Assembly (NCBI RefSeq): GCF_004010195.1
Contig: NC_057719.1
Location: 84,990,558 to 85,054,557, forward strand
Source of the DNA: Chiloscyllium plagiosum
Lineage: Eukaryota
DNA: 64,000 nucleotides
Reading direction: 5' to 3'
Shown here one piece after another: positions 24,598 to 37,332 of this stretch. Position 1 is the first letter of the stretch. The number at the start of each line of letters is the position of its first letter. The notes under the pieces were generated by a model. It saw nothing but the letters and a program-made list of their open reading frames with translations. It ran no database searches and was not told the origin of the DNA. Made by a program: the position numbers and the translations under genes.

Positions 24598-25455
24598 GAC
24601 CATAAGACACTGGAGCAGAAGTTAGGTCATTCAGCCCATTGTGTCTGCTCTGCCATTCAATCATGGCTGATAGGTTTCTCATCCCTGCTCTCCCGCCTTC
24701 TCCCCGTAACCCTTGATCCCCTCGACAATCAAGAACCTATCTATTTCAGTCTTAAATACATTCAAGACTTCCACAGCCTTCTATGGCAATGAATTCCATA
24801 GATTCACCACTCTCTGGCTGAAGAAGCTTCTCCTTATCTCCATTCTAAAAGGTCATCCCTTTACTCTAAGGCTGTGCCCTCAGGTCCTAGACTCTCCAAC
24901 CAATGGAAACATCTTCGCAACATCTACTCTGTCCAGGCCATTCAATGTTCTTTAAGTTTCAATGAGAGCCCCTCTTTTCCTTCTAAATTCCATCGAGTAT
25001 AGACCCAGAGTCCTCAAACACTCCTCATATGTTAAGCTTTTCATTCCTGGGACCATTCTCGTGGACCTCCTCTGAACATGCTCCAGGTTCAGTACATCCT
25101 CGCTGTGATATGGGGCCAAAAACTGTGCACAATACTCCAAATGTGGTCTGACCAGAGCTTTATCAAGCCTCAGAAGTCCATCCCTGCTTTTATATTCAAG
25201 TCCTCTCAAAATAAATGTCATAATTGCAAGTTTAACTTGACAGAATCCAGGACTAGAACTCCCAAGTTGCTTTGCACTTCAGACTTTCAAATTTTCTCCC
25301 CATTTAGAAAATAGTTCATGCCTCTATTCTTCTTACCAAAGTGCATGACCTCACACTTTCCCACATTGTACTCCATCTACCACTTCTTTGCCCACTCTCC
25401 TAACCTGTACAAACCCTTCTTCAGCCTCCTGCCTTCTCAATGCTACCTGTCCCTC
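24598..25455 (-). mobile_element. CR1 LINE 3' fragment
   Basis: RGLEYKSRD..L.L.KALVRPHLEYCAQF on the minus strand, plus tail. Confidence 0.85.
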
Positions 25456-25934
25456 TTTTTTTCTAACACAGTTATTTAACTTCTCCTAATGCATCTATGC
25501 TATTTGCTTCTAACACACTACATGTTATAACAAACTCCACATTGTTACTACTCTGAAAAAAGAAGTCTCTTCTGAATTTATTATTGTATTCATTCATGAC
25601 TATCTTATAGTTATGCCCTTTACATTAGCACTTTTGAACAAATAGAAACATTTTCTCGACCAAACCCCTAAACAAAAACAGAAAGTATTCGAGAAATTCA
25701 ACAGGTTTGGTAGCTCCTGTAGAAAGAGAAACAGAGTTAATGTTTCAAGTCCAGTGAGAGTTTCTCCAGTTATGGCTTTTTTTTGTTTCAGGTTTCCAGC
25801 ATACAGTCTTTGTTCTATTAAACCCTTCCATTTTCTCAAACGTCTCTGTCAAGTTACCCCACAGCCTTCTCTTTTTGTGCAGCAAACAATCCTAGCCTGT
25901 TTTAAAGAGGAAGAAATGATTTAAAAAAAAATAT

Positions 25935-26268
25935 AGAATACAATCCTACAGTGTGGAAACAGGCCCTTTGGCTGAACAAGTCCACACCAACCCTCCAAAG
26001 AGTAACCCACCCAGATCCATTTGCCTACTATTCTACATTTACCCCTGACTCATGCACCTAACCTACACATCCCTGAACACTATGGGCAATTTAGCATGGC
26101 CAATTCACCCTAACCTGTGGAATGTGGGAGGAAAATGGAGAACACGGAAGAAACCCACGCAGACACGACGAGAATGTGTAAACTCCACACAGTCGCCCGT
26201 GACAGGAATTGAACCCATGTTTCTGGCACTGTAAGGCAGCAATGCTAATCACTGAGCCACCATGCCAC
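25935..26268 (-). mobile_element. HE1-type SINE (older copy)
   Basis: Reverse complement of the HE1 head, V-domain and tail. Confidence 0.85.
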
Positions 26269-27100
26269 TAAAATTAAAATTTGGTTAGATAAATTGATTT
26301 TTTGGAGGGTGAGATAGTTCAATAATCTAAATGATCATTTCCTGTTTCACATTTTCTAAGCTTCTGTAAAGTCAGGATTAAAGTGATCAATGTACTTCTA
26401 AACATTCTCCGACGAGTTGTTATAATAAAGGTGTTCCTCGTTCCACTATGTTTGAACTGTCCTAATTCAGCTCCTAGTGCACTTGGGTCAACAGCAATAA
26501 ACTGATATTAAGTATGGTAATCTCCCTCCAAGTGGAGATCCAGTTGCAGGTTGCTGGCTTCGACTTTTGTGCATTCAAAGGACATCCCAACTGGCAGGAG
26601 GCTAGAATGGGGGTGAGATCTGTGCACATTCAGCAAAGATGTCACTTGAAATTGCTTTGGAGTACGACATGCACCACTGGACCCACACACATTCTTGAGA
26701 TTCATTCCAGAACCAGTTTGGCCTCTTGGCTACGTCTTGCAAGTTGAAGCAAATATAGTATTGGTGAGGTATTTGTCCTTCATAAATTCCAGTTCTGCTT
26801 CTCCCTGGATTGTTCACTATTTCAGCTGTCCATGCTCTTGCTGAGATTAAATCTCTCAATTTTGGTAATTCTGATCTTTTCCCCGTGAGCCTGAACTTCA
26901 TACCTTGAGATTCTCCTGGCCCTTTTGACCTGCTCAAAGTGTGCTACAAATCAAGCAATTCAAAGAAATAACTTGCCAGTCACTCATGGTAAGGATAACA
27001 AGGACTTTTGACCTCAAAAGAATCAGCTACTAAATACAGATCAATAATTAAAATCTGATCTCTTGGGGGGGGGGGGGGGGGGGGGGTCCAGGAACTATTG

Positions 27101-27281
27101 AAAAGCAAATTGAAGGAACGGGTGATGTATCTCCAAACTGGGATGGCGATGGGTTTCGAGTCTAACTGACCCTTTGTCAAAGCTTTGACAAAGGGTGAGT
27201 TAGAATCAAAACATCAGTTCTTTTCTCTCCTTACAGATGCTGCCAGACCTGCTGAGATTTTCCAGCATTTTCTCTTTTGGT
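27101..27281. mobile_element. Palindromic Penelope-derived short element
   Basis: Central palindrome ccctttgtcaaagctttgacaaaggg; TSD tccaggaactattg at 27087 and 27282; preceded by a G22 run. Confidence 0.75.
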
Positions 27282-30200
27282 TCCAGGAACTATTGTATGT
27301 TGTGTAATGAGCAATTACTCTCTGTATTTGTACCACATGCTTCCATTTCTAGTTTATTAGAGGCTTTAGTCACTTTTTCTTGCTCTCATTAAAGTGATAA
27401 CCAAAGGTAGCTGCTGCAAATCTTAAATAAAAAGAGAAAATGCTGGACATATTTGGTTTGAGGTAGCATCTCTGGATATAAAAATTAAGAGTCACCAATG
27501 TGAAACTTTTGTCCAAATGTTCTGAACTAGGTTGATTCCCTATTTCCAAACCAAATTGGGCAAGAAGTTTCATATACTTACCTGCAGATTTTTGGGTCCA
27601 TCTTCTAATAGAGGATTCTTTCAAGCTCATCAGAAATAGAAATTCTCACAGAGAAGAATGAAGAAAATCTTCTTGAGACACCCTCCCTTTTCTTAGCACT
27701 AGATTCTGTATTCTAGTATGCAAACATAATTTAAATGCCCAAAGTCTCTTTGAGAAGACACAGGGAGAAGGTGAGAGTGCAAGATAAGTGTGTAGGGGTA
27801 GTATGTGGCTGATAGAATAGGATGGAAAGTCAGTGAGGAAAGTAGAGTTGGGAGGGAGGGAGCAATCAGTTCAGGTATGATTATGGGGGCTACTCAAATA
27901 GATGGGGTCAGTGGGTAGTATCAAGGTTAGGCAAGGATAGTTGGGTGAGGACAAAGTCATGTATAGTGGGTAGGCAGTTGCTGGTAGTTGTAGGGCTGGT
28001 CACATCAGATTGGATTGAGTGGATATTCAGAGGTCAGTGAGTTAGGAGTAGTTATTTTGGGTGGGGGTGGTGGAAGAGATTCAGGATGGGGTGGAATCAT
28101 GGGAGAGTGTAAAGGAGAGTCAGGGGGTTAACCTTTAGAGAAACCACAAGTTTGACATCTTAGGCAAATCAGAAAAACATTGCTACTGGTGTGGACAGTG
28201 ATCCCCATCAGAAGACTGATTTTGGCCAAAGCCAATTTAGCCTTGTGCCTCTGGTATATGAGCATGGACAGCAAGCTTCCATAGTCACCTGACCTGCGCC
28301 AAATTAGGATTGTTCTGGAGTCAGCCAGTGGAGCCTGACTAAAATTGGGGAGGATCCAATCTTGTGGAGCCTTGATTACATAGGTGATTGCCTGTCTCCA
28401 ACTTGTGGGATTCTGGGCAAGATTTCCAATTAGAATATTTTGTGATAAGTTTATGCTTGTAGGTACTGGATTATTTCACACAGGGTTTCTGCAGGAAACA
28501 GACTGTCAACCCATCAATATTATTTACTTACATATGAGTTTTCATGACCATCCAAGAACTTTATAGTCACAATTAGTGGTGCTATTGTCTATTTCCAGAT
28601 TGCTTTATTTAACTGAATTCAAATTCTCAAATTGCCATGGTATGATTAAAACATATGTTCTCTATGGGTTATTAATCCTAGCCTCGCTATAAAAGCAACT
28701 CTACTCCCCCAAAAGGTGAAACAGGCAGCTTAAAAGGTTTTGCTATTTCAAAGGACACAATACCCTATAGTGCACAAAACAATTCCATTGTGCTATATAA
28801 AAACGTACTAGGGATTTGATAGAAATATTTCCTTTACCCCACTGTCTATTAGACCTCCATCTCAAAAGGCCATGTCTCCACTTAAAAAGTTATAAAAATT
28901 ATGACGGGAACTATTTAAAAGAAAAAAAAAGTTGATACATCTCATGTTCTATTTCACTGCATAATTGGCACCTTGGCAGGACCTATTGGCAGCTTCAATA
29001 AATTTTGCGCAGACCACAAACTAGTTGTAAATGAAAATGTAATAAAAATGCAAATGTCAGTACTTTATCTTCTAAGTTTAATTTTTAATCATTTCCATCA
29101 TTATAAATGTCCTAAACACTGGTTTCCCAGGAGTTAAATAATGAGATGTACACTCTTTACAGAAACACTGGTTTCCTTCAAATACATCATGAAGGTTTTT
29201 TTTTATTGCGGCATAACACTAGATAATTTGCAAGAAATAAGTTTAGATCAAGCTTGTATAAAATAGCAAAAAATATACGCTGCACTTGGAGGCACAGTAT
29301 TTGTTGTATCTAAATAATGAGTATCGTTAAGGTCTTGTTCTGCATTTACTTATTATAACACACATACAGGATATACTGGTAGGAGATTGTTGATTTACAT
29401 TGCCTGGGTTTCTGCCTTTTTAATTAACGGGTAGGAAACCAGACACTGTTCAACAATTTCCCCACTAGGATTCCCTTGAGCAAGCCTTCTCTTTCCAAAT
29501 GTTCCAGTTGGGATCAGTTTGATCTGCTCAAATACATTCAACAGCTGGCAGCTCAGCAACTTGAAAAGATATTACCATTATCTTCTGTCAGAATGAACGT
29601 TGGCAAGACTGTCGGAAGTTAATCATTTTCCGGACATTCAGTATAATATTAAGGACAGTAAGACAACACATCTGGTCAGCAATAGTTTTCAAATTAAACA
29701 TACCAAAATTGTTATTGGAATGATGGCAGCTGAATGAGACCTTTCTTCTTAACGTCGAAATAATTCATTTCACTGCTCGACATATTGACATCAGGGATAA
29801 AAGTTCATCACCCCAATCAGAATGTAAACCTGTCTATGGAATTGTCATTTGATTGAAGAGGATATTTTCTTTGAATTGGAATAAATCACAATTTTCTTTA
29901 TACTTGGAATAATTATGAGTCTTTTATACATTACAATTTTATTTTATCATGGGATTTAATATCAGACAGCTGCATGCCAAAGTGTACAAATCTTGCTCAG
30001 TGTAGCAATACTTGAATGGTTTGAGCATCCAGGAAGAACATACTGCATTCACCCAGATCAATTTTATTGAGCTGGAAAACCAGCAAGAATGACACTGACA
30101 CACATGGGAAACAGGGATTTTTTGAACCTCTGTTCAAGGGGTTATCACCTCAATGTTGTAAAATACAGCATTTTATCTATGTCTTCTTTTCCTGTGTTCT

Positions 30201-32654
30201 GTCTTTTCATTGAAGTACTATTAGGATTTTGAAAATGATACAGCCCATTTGATGCCCAATGACCAGGGGTAGACAATATGGCTTGTATGGGTAATATGTA
30301 AGATAACTGCCTCAAATTGCAACACTTTATTAACCCGCTTATTCAAAGAGAGCAGCAAAACTAGATGTTAACAGACTATTGTAGCACGTAAAGTATATGT
30401 GTACAAAGTGTGCAATAGCAGTTTTATCAACTACATTTGTATACTTTTTGGGTGAACACTTCTTTTTGGTTTTCTCTGGTTAAAAGGTGTTACAAGGTAC
30501 ACCTTAGGCACATTCTGTTCCAGTTCAGCAGTACTACCAGGACATATTAGAGGATCTGTGGAAGACTAACAATGAAATCTACTTCAGTTTATTTTGAGGG
30601 GTCTTATTTCAGATGTAATTTTAGTGCAATGATTATTTTAACCTTATCTTATTTTCTGCATTCTGAGCAAGAATGAAAATGATTTTGCATATTATGGAAA
30701 TTTCATAAATCATTTCATGGTTCATAGCCCAAACCATATCTTTGCAGAATTAATTCTACCATTTTACAAAAATCAAGATTATGATGTTTCAGCCTGTAGT
30801 GGATCCAGAAAGCAAGGTACAGTCATAAGTTTTGTTTTAGCTTCAAGTTAGTAAACTTAATCAAGAACAAGGAACTCTTGCAATATCCAGGTCAACATCT
30901 CTTCCTCAATTCCAACATTAAACAAAACATCCTTCGCAAATACATGAATTGTACAGAATTTTGGACATTTAAGGATGGGGTGAAGTGAGATATACATATA
31001 CTCACACACACAAGCTTTTTCTCTTTTTGTTTCAGAAATCAACAATAAATTGAATTAATAAATCATTCAAAAATGAAATGAAGAGGGAGACAAACTCTAC
31101 AAATTCTGCAAGAAAGGTGAAGTAGTAGAAGATCATGTAGAAATGGGAAAAGTGGTCAAAGAGGCATGGGAAGTAATGGAAGTGCAAATCATTTCAAATT
31201 ATCACCTTTTATTCAAAATGTATCAGTAATAGTGTGGTAAGAGAAGAGGCAAGAAATCTAAGACATGCAAAGCAAGGGCAAGTACACAAAATAGCTAATG
31301 CTCTGCTCCCAGTCTAACAAATACAGCTTGAGTCATTTAACTAGGGCTACATTATTGGTAGTTATGATTAAATACATACTTCCTTCTCTACCAGTGTTGC
31401 TGAATTAAGGAAATACCTGTTGAGCAATTTGCTTCCTTTAAGTAATCGGTAAGTAACACAACAGCAACAAATGCACCAAAAATTTTAATAACTGAGGTAA
31501 AATTGATATATGTTTCATACACTGACCTATATGATGAATTAGGCAGCAAACGAGTGTTAGAAGGGTTTAATTATAAATGCATATTGTAGTATAAACATCA
31601 GTTTCCATCTTTCCCTGTCCAGAAGACAATATTCAACTGGGGATGAACTTAGACATTTTTAATCAGCCTTTCAGACATATTACAACATATGGCTGGGAAA
31701 GGAAGTCCTTGAACCTAGATTTTCTGATCAAGAGGTCAGGACACTTCGATTGCTCCCCAAGAACTCTTCAGGGAAGAACTTAGTTTTTTTTAATGAACCT
31801 ATTTAGTGATGTTATTACGCACCAGGTAGGTGAACTTAAATACAAAGATCCAATCATCATTACCTGTTCTGAATCAAGTCTGGAACTGATTTATTTGAGC
31901 CTTAAAGGGAGCTCCATTTCTAACTCTGACAATATAAACATAATAAAAATTCCATTTAAAATAAACAAATCAAAACAAATTCATTCTCAGGGTGCAGAGT
32001 AGTTAGTTCATGCCAATTAAAATGACTAAGGACAAGATTTCAAATGCCAATAAATGGGAGTCAATGAATCCTGAAGAGATACTAGCAGAGTATAAATATA
32101 TTAAGATGGAATTCAAAACTATAAACATAATATTTTGTTTCAATATCATACAAAATAATCAAATTTATTCTCAGGAGAAAAAAAAGGAGTGCTGGTATAA
32201 TAACCATTTAAGGATTAACCCATCCAGATTCAGAAAACAGAACTTCTGCCTCATCAACAGCTTTATTCTCTTTTGAGTGCCTTAAACCTTCAGTGACAGC
32301 TGTAAACCTTTTGACGTATGAAATACAGCCATACGTGCCTAGCTAGATTGGTGGATTATGATGGTATAAACCCCTCCTGTGGAATACTATCAGCAATTTT
32401 AATCTAAGATCATAAAAGAGTAGATTAGAAGAGGTCCACTTAAGTACATCATTCAAACAAAATTACATTCTATGTTTAGATACAGTTCTGTTGCAATCAC
32501 TTAGTCTTGATTAAAAACTGTATAAGTTGACAGAGGAGAGATTCTAGCACAAGAATTCCATACAATTTCACTGATCATAAACAAATGTGGTTCAGAGTTT
32601 GCAAGTTGCAGATTAATAATATTATGAACATTGTTAAGCACTGATATAAAACAA

Positions 32655-32850
32655 GTCATGATTCGGAGGTGCCGGTGTTGGACTGGGGTGTACAAAGTTA
32701 AAAATCACACAACACCAGATTATAAGTCCAACAGGTTTATTTGGAAGCATTAGCTGATGATCACCTGATGAAGGAGCAGCGATCGGAAAGCTAGTGCTTC
32801 CAAATAAATCTGATGGACTATAACCTGGTGTTGTGTGATTTTTTAACTAT
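32655..32850. mobile_element. Fold-back short element (related copies at 58180-58396 and 62455-62540)
   Basis: aaaatcacacaacaccag...tttatttggaagca / tgcttccaaataaa...ctggtgttgtgtgatttt inverted arms; ctgatgaaggagc...gaaagc core. Confidence 0.75.
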
Positions 32851-32993
32851 ATAAAACAAAGAACTGTTGATGCTGGCAATATGAAACAAAAAATACAAAT
32901 TGCTAGAGAAACTCGGCGGGCTTGGCAGTAAATGTGGAGAGAAAACAGAGTTAACATTTCAAGTGACCTGTCTCCACCACTAAAAAGCAACTT

Positions 32994-35900
32994 GGAGGGA
33001 TCCAAGATGACGGCGATCTAGGAAGATCGCGTTACAGAGCTCTGCACCGCACTGCAAGTGGGACAAAGTTCTAGCCCGCCCTACCTGGACCACGGTGATA
33101 TCCTGGGACTCTGGAAAGATAATGGAATCCCAGGAAACTGTCAGAGTGCAATTTACCTTCGTTTTCGCTGTCCAGGGATGCCAAAGAATGGAGGAGGTAC
33201 ATTCAATGCTGGGCCTGTAGCCCAGTCTACAGGATCCTCAGACTCTATTTCTTACCAGGTCCTGGTGAAGAAGCTCACGAAATCTTGAGAGATGTTGGGC
33301 AAGTAGATAGAGGAGAAGCTGGCCTCAATCTCTATCATGCTGCAGAAGCATGAACAGCAGTTGGGAGACGTGGAGAAAAGGATGGATGAGGTAGAACATA
33401 GAGTCGCAGTGGTGGAAGCTGATACTGGCTCCTCCAAGAATAGGATCCAGGCCCTGGAGATGCAGGTCCATAATTTGCTTAACCAGGTTGATGACCTCAA
33501 GAACAGGGGCAGGAGAAAAAATATTCGGATTGTTGGTCTGCTGGAGGTTAAGCAAGGTGAGTGGCCAGTGGAATTTACTGAGGACTGGTTGCTGAAATGC
33601 TTTAACTTGGAGACTGGAGTGAGAGGCTCACTGGGTCACGGCGCAGAGGTCAGATCTGGACCAACATCCTTCTCCTATCTTGGTGCAATTTCATCACTAC
33701 AGAGGATTTGGAGAGAATCATGGAAGCTTCCAGAATCCAGGGGAAGAATCCGAAGGCTCCAGTTTACAAGGGCTCGAAGATCACATTCTTCTTGGACTCT
33801 TCAGAGGTACTAATCTAGAAAAAAAAAATCCTCTGATGGTGTCAAGAGAAGACAGAGAGCTCGGGATCCAGTTCTCTCTGAGGTATCTGGCGGTGCCTCA
33901 AATCACATCAGATGGATCTGTACATCTCTTTGATATGCCGGAGAATGCAAGAGACTTTGTGGACATATTAACTTAATTTGAACAATTTAGTGTGTACAAA
34001 TAGTAATGTTGTTTGGGTATGTCTCTGTTTTTCTTTTAAAAAAGAGGAAGTTGGCTGGGGCTTTCTTTCCTATTTTTTATTATTGATAATAATCTGGTCT
34101 AAAGTATGCTCAGGCGCGTTTGGAAGCTGTACTTTCAATTTCCAAGTTAAGTTATACCAAAGAATAGGTGGGGTACTTACACTTTTTTTTCCAAAATTTC
34201 TTTGTTCACATTGTTATCCCATGGTATATTTTCTTTCTTTTCTGCTTGTGCTTGCGGTGCAGCTCTAGCTAGGAGGAGGGAAAATGGTTGGGATGGCGAA
34301 AGCTTATGGACAGTTTATGCCTGGTTCAAGTATTTCAATGCTCTGGCTGCAGTATTAAGTGGGATGGGAAGTTGGGTCCTGGAATGTTAGATACCCCCTT
34401 TGGGCAGGGGTTGCGTTCCCCTATTCAGTGCCATTAACATTTTATGTATTTTTTTTTTGTTTTTTGTTGATTATAATTTTTGATAGCTTTGGAGGTTTGT
34501 TGACTGTAGTGGTTTTAGTTTATGCAGTTTTTATGTTCAATGGATCATGTGACACTAAGGCTCGGCAATTTGTAATTTGAGTTCCTCCTCTCTGGAATCT
34601 AAATGTTACTGCAGAAGGTTATGGCTAATGACTTGAGTAAATGGTGTACCTGGAACATCAAGGGGAGTCACTCACCAATTAAGATGAAGACGGTATTCTC
34701 GAGTCTTAGAAAGGAAAAGGTGGATATTTCTTTATTACAGGAGACACACTTGGATGATAGGGAGCATTTGAAACTACAGCAGAATGGCTTTGACCGGGTT
34801 TACTTTTCATCTTTTAATACCAGAAGTAGGGGAGTGGCTATATTGGTTAGGCGGAATCTCCCATTTAAGTTACTACAGTGTGTTAATGACACACATGGGA
34901 GGTTTGTAATCTTCAAAGCCTGTTAAATGGGGAAGAATATGGTGTTTTAAATGTTTACTGCCCATCCCCTCAAATTTCTGGTAGATGGATTCTCTAAATT
35001 GGTCAGTCTCGAGTCCTGGCATATCATTATAGGGGGAGATTTTAATTGTCTTATGGATCCCATGGTAGACAGATTGCCCAAAGGCCCCCCTGATACCCTC
35101 TGTATAAACTAAACAATTAGTGGGTCTGCATGTGGAGTTAGGGTTGGTTGACGTCTGGAGGTGTCGCCACCCTACGAGCAGAGATTTTACATTTTTTTTC
35201 CAGTCTACACAGATGTCACACCAGGATTGATTTTTTTTCTGACCCCCGTGGCAACCCTGGGCTTGGTGGCACCTTGTACGATTGGTCATATTACCATCTC
35301 CAATCATGCTCCAGTACACCTGTTGGTTAAGATTAAGGACGCTATAGTGGGCCTGAGGCACTGGCGAATGGATCCCTTTATCCTTAAGGATAATAAATTT
35401 AGGATGTAGGTTTGCTCGCTGAGCTGTAGGTTTGATATCCAAACGTTTTATTACCTGGCTAGGTAACATCATCAGTGGCAACCTCCAAGTGAAGCGAAGC
35501 TGTTTATATCTTTCTCCTGGATGGGGTTCCTGGGGTATAAATAGAAAGCAGGAGACAACAGATTTGCTTCACTTGGAAGTCGCCACTGATGATGTTACCT
35601 ACCCAGGTAATGAAATGTCTGGATATTAAACCTACAGCTCAGCGAGCAAACCTACACTCTAAACCTCAACCTGAGCTACAAGCCTTCACAAAACTTGATA
35701 ATAAATTTGTGGAGTACTTCTCTAAGGAATTTAGGGCGTTCTTACACATTAATTCAGGCTCAGTTTGTCGCCCGTCCGTCCTTCGGCAAACTGCCAGAGC
35801 CTATGCCAAGGAGTTAGTTATTTCCTACTCTGCCAGTAGGAAGCGGCAGAAGAGCAAGCAGCAACGTGGCCTAAAGCACGGTTTAAGGCAGCCGAGAAGG

Positions 35901-37332
35901 CTTACTTTGACAGACCCTCATTGGCCAAGCTAGAGGATTATGGTGCTGCAGTCTGCATTGAATTCCTTGTTCATGCTGACAGCAAAGAAGGAGCTTACTT
36001 TCGCAAAACAAAGGTTATATGAGCATGGTGACAAGCCAGGCAAGTACATAGCATATCTCGTCGGGAAAGGTGTGTCCCTCAAGCCATTACGTCGATTAAG
36101 GAAGGATCTGGAAACCTAACATGTGATTCTGAAAACATGAATGTGGCATTCTTGAGATGTTACACTGAATTATACCAATCTGAAGGTTATGAGGAAGGGC
36201 GGGCCAAGATGGAGTTCTTTTTCATGGATCTGGAGCTCCCAGGTGTGACCTCGGATCAATGCCCTGTTATCAGAGCAAGAGGTGCACGAGGCTGTGAAGC
36301 AGCTTTAGAGTGGAAAGGCACCCAGTCCTGACGGACTTCCCAGTGAATTCTATAAGGAATTTATAAATATATTGTCAGGCCCGGTGCTCAACATGTTCAA
36401 TGACTTGTACAGTCATGATTGTCTCCTGCTATCACTAAGGCCAATATTTTGCTTATTCTTAAAAAAGGGAAGGTCTCAGAGGATTGTGCTTCTTACAGGC
36501 CCATTTCACTCTTAAATGTGGACTTTAAAATTCTCTCTAAAAGTCTTGCATTAAGACTGGAGACTGTGCTACCTTCTATTGTTAAAGAGGACCAGAAAGG
36601 CTTCATAAAGGACCGCAGATCTTCCAACAATGTTAGGAGGCTGCTTAATGTAATTCAAGTGTGTCAACAATAGTCAATACAGGGATTGGTGATTTTCCTA
36701 GATGCAGAGAAGCCATTTGACCGAGTTGAGTGACTGTACCCTTTTTCATACTCTAGAGCGGTTTGACTTGGGCAAAGCCTTTATAAGATGGGTAAAGGTT
36801 CTCTACGGTGACTCTCCCGCTGTGGTCATCACCAATGGGGTGCGATCAAGCAACTTTAGTATTTTTAGGAGCAACCGGCAGGGCTGTCCCCTTTTGCCAT
36901 TGCTTTTTACATTGGTGATTGAACCTTTGACGAACGCCATTCATAGGGATCCTCATATATCGGCTCCAGAAGTGGGGTAAAAATTACATAAGATTTTCTT
37001 GGTACACAGATGATGTCCTCTTTTTTTTTGTCAAATCTAGCAGTTTCGATGCCCCACCTGATACAATGCATCAGCTCGTTTGGCACCTTTTCGGAGTACA
37101 AGATTAATTTTGCAAAATCACAAGCTATGCCTATGGGTGGTCTTATGAAGGTGCTAGGTCTGGAGGGCAAATCTCGATTTCCATTTAAGTGGTCACGGTG
37201 GGGGGAGGGGGTGTTATATATTTGGGCATATTCATCACTCTAATTCTTGATTGGTTGTTTAAAGCTAATTTTGTTTAATTATTCGACAAAATCAAACAAG
37301 ACCTTCAAAGGTGGAAGGTGCTTCTGGTCTCA
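32994..37332 (+). mobile_element. L1-clade LINE, 5'-intact and 3'-truncated, degenerate
   Basis: 5' ccaagatg.cggc start; ORF1 (from 33178) coiled-coil and NRGRRKNIRIVGL; ORF2 from 34621 with TWNIKG, LLQETHL, SRGVAILV, GGDFN, YRPISLLNVDFKILSK, RQGCPL.PLLF, YKINFAKS. Confidence 0.92.
35401..35696. mobile_element. Penelope-derived fold-back element nested in L1 ORF2
   Basis: TSD gataataaattt (35389, 35697); ~100 bp inverted arms, each with a CTGATGA...GAAA.GTC-like motif. Confidence 0.85.

Noticed and set aside
27582..27712. Possible cassette exon on the minus strand with a strong CAG|GTAAGT donor
   Set aside because: Weak acceptor, stops in all three frames, no RMDN similarity, and the two real exons already join in frame. 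A poison exon cannot be excluded but is unsupported.
34873..35481. 202 aa minus-strand ORF
   Set aside because: Antisense to L1 ORF2 and starts inside the nested Penelope-derived insert.
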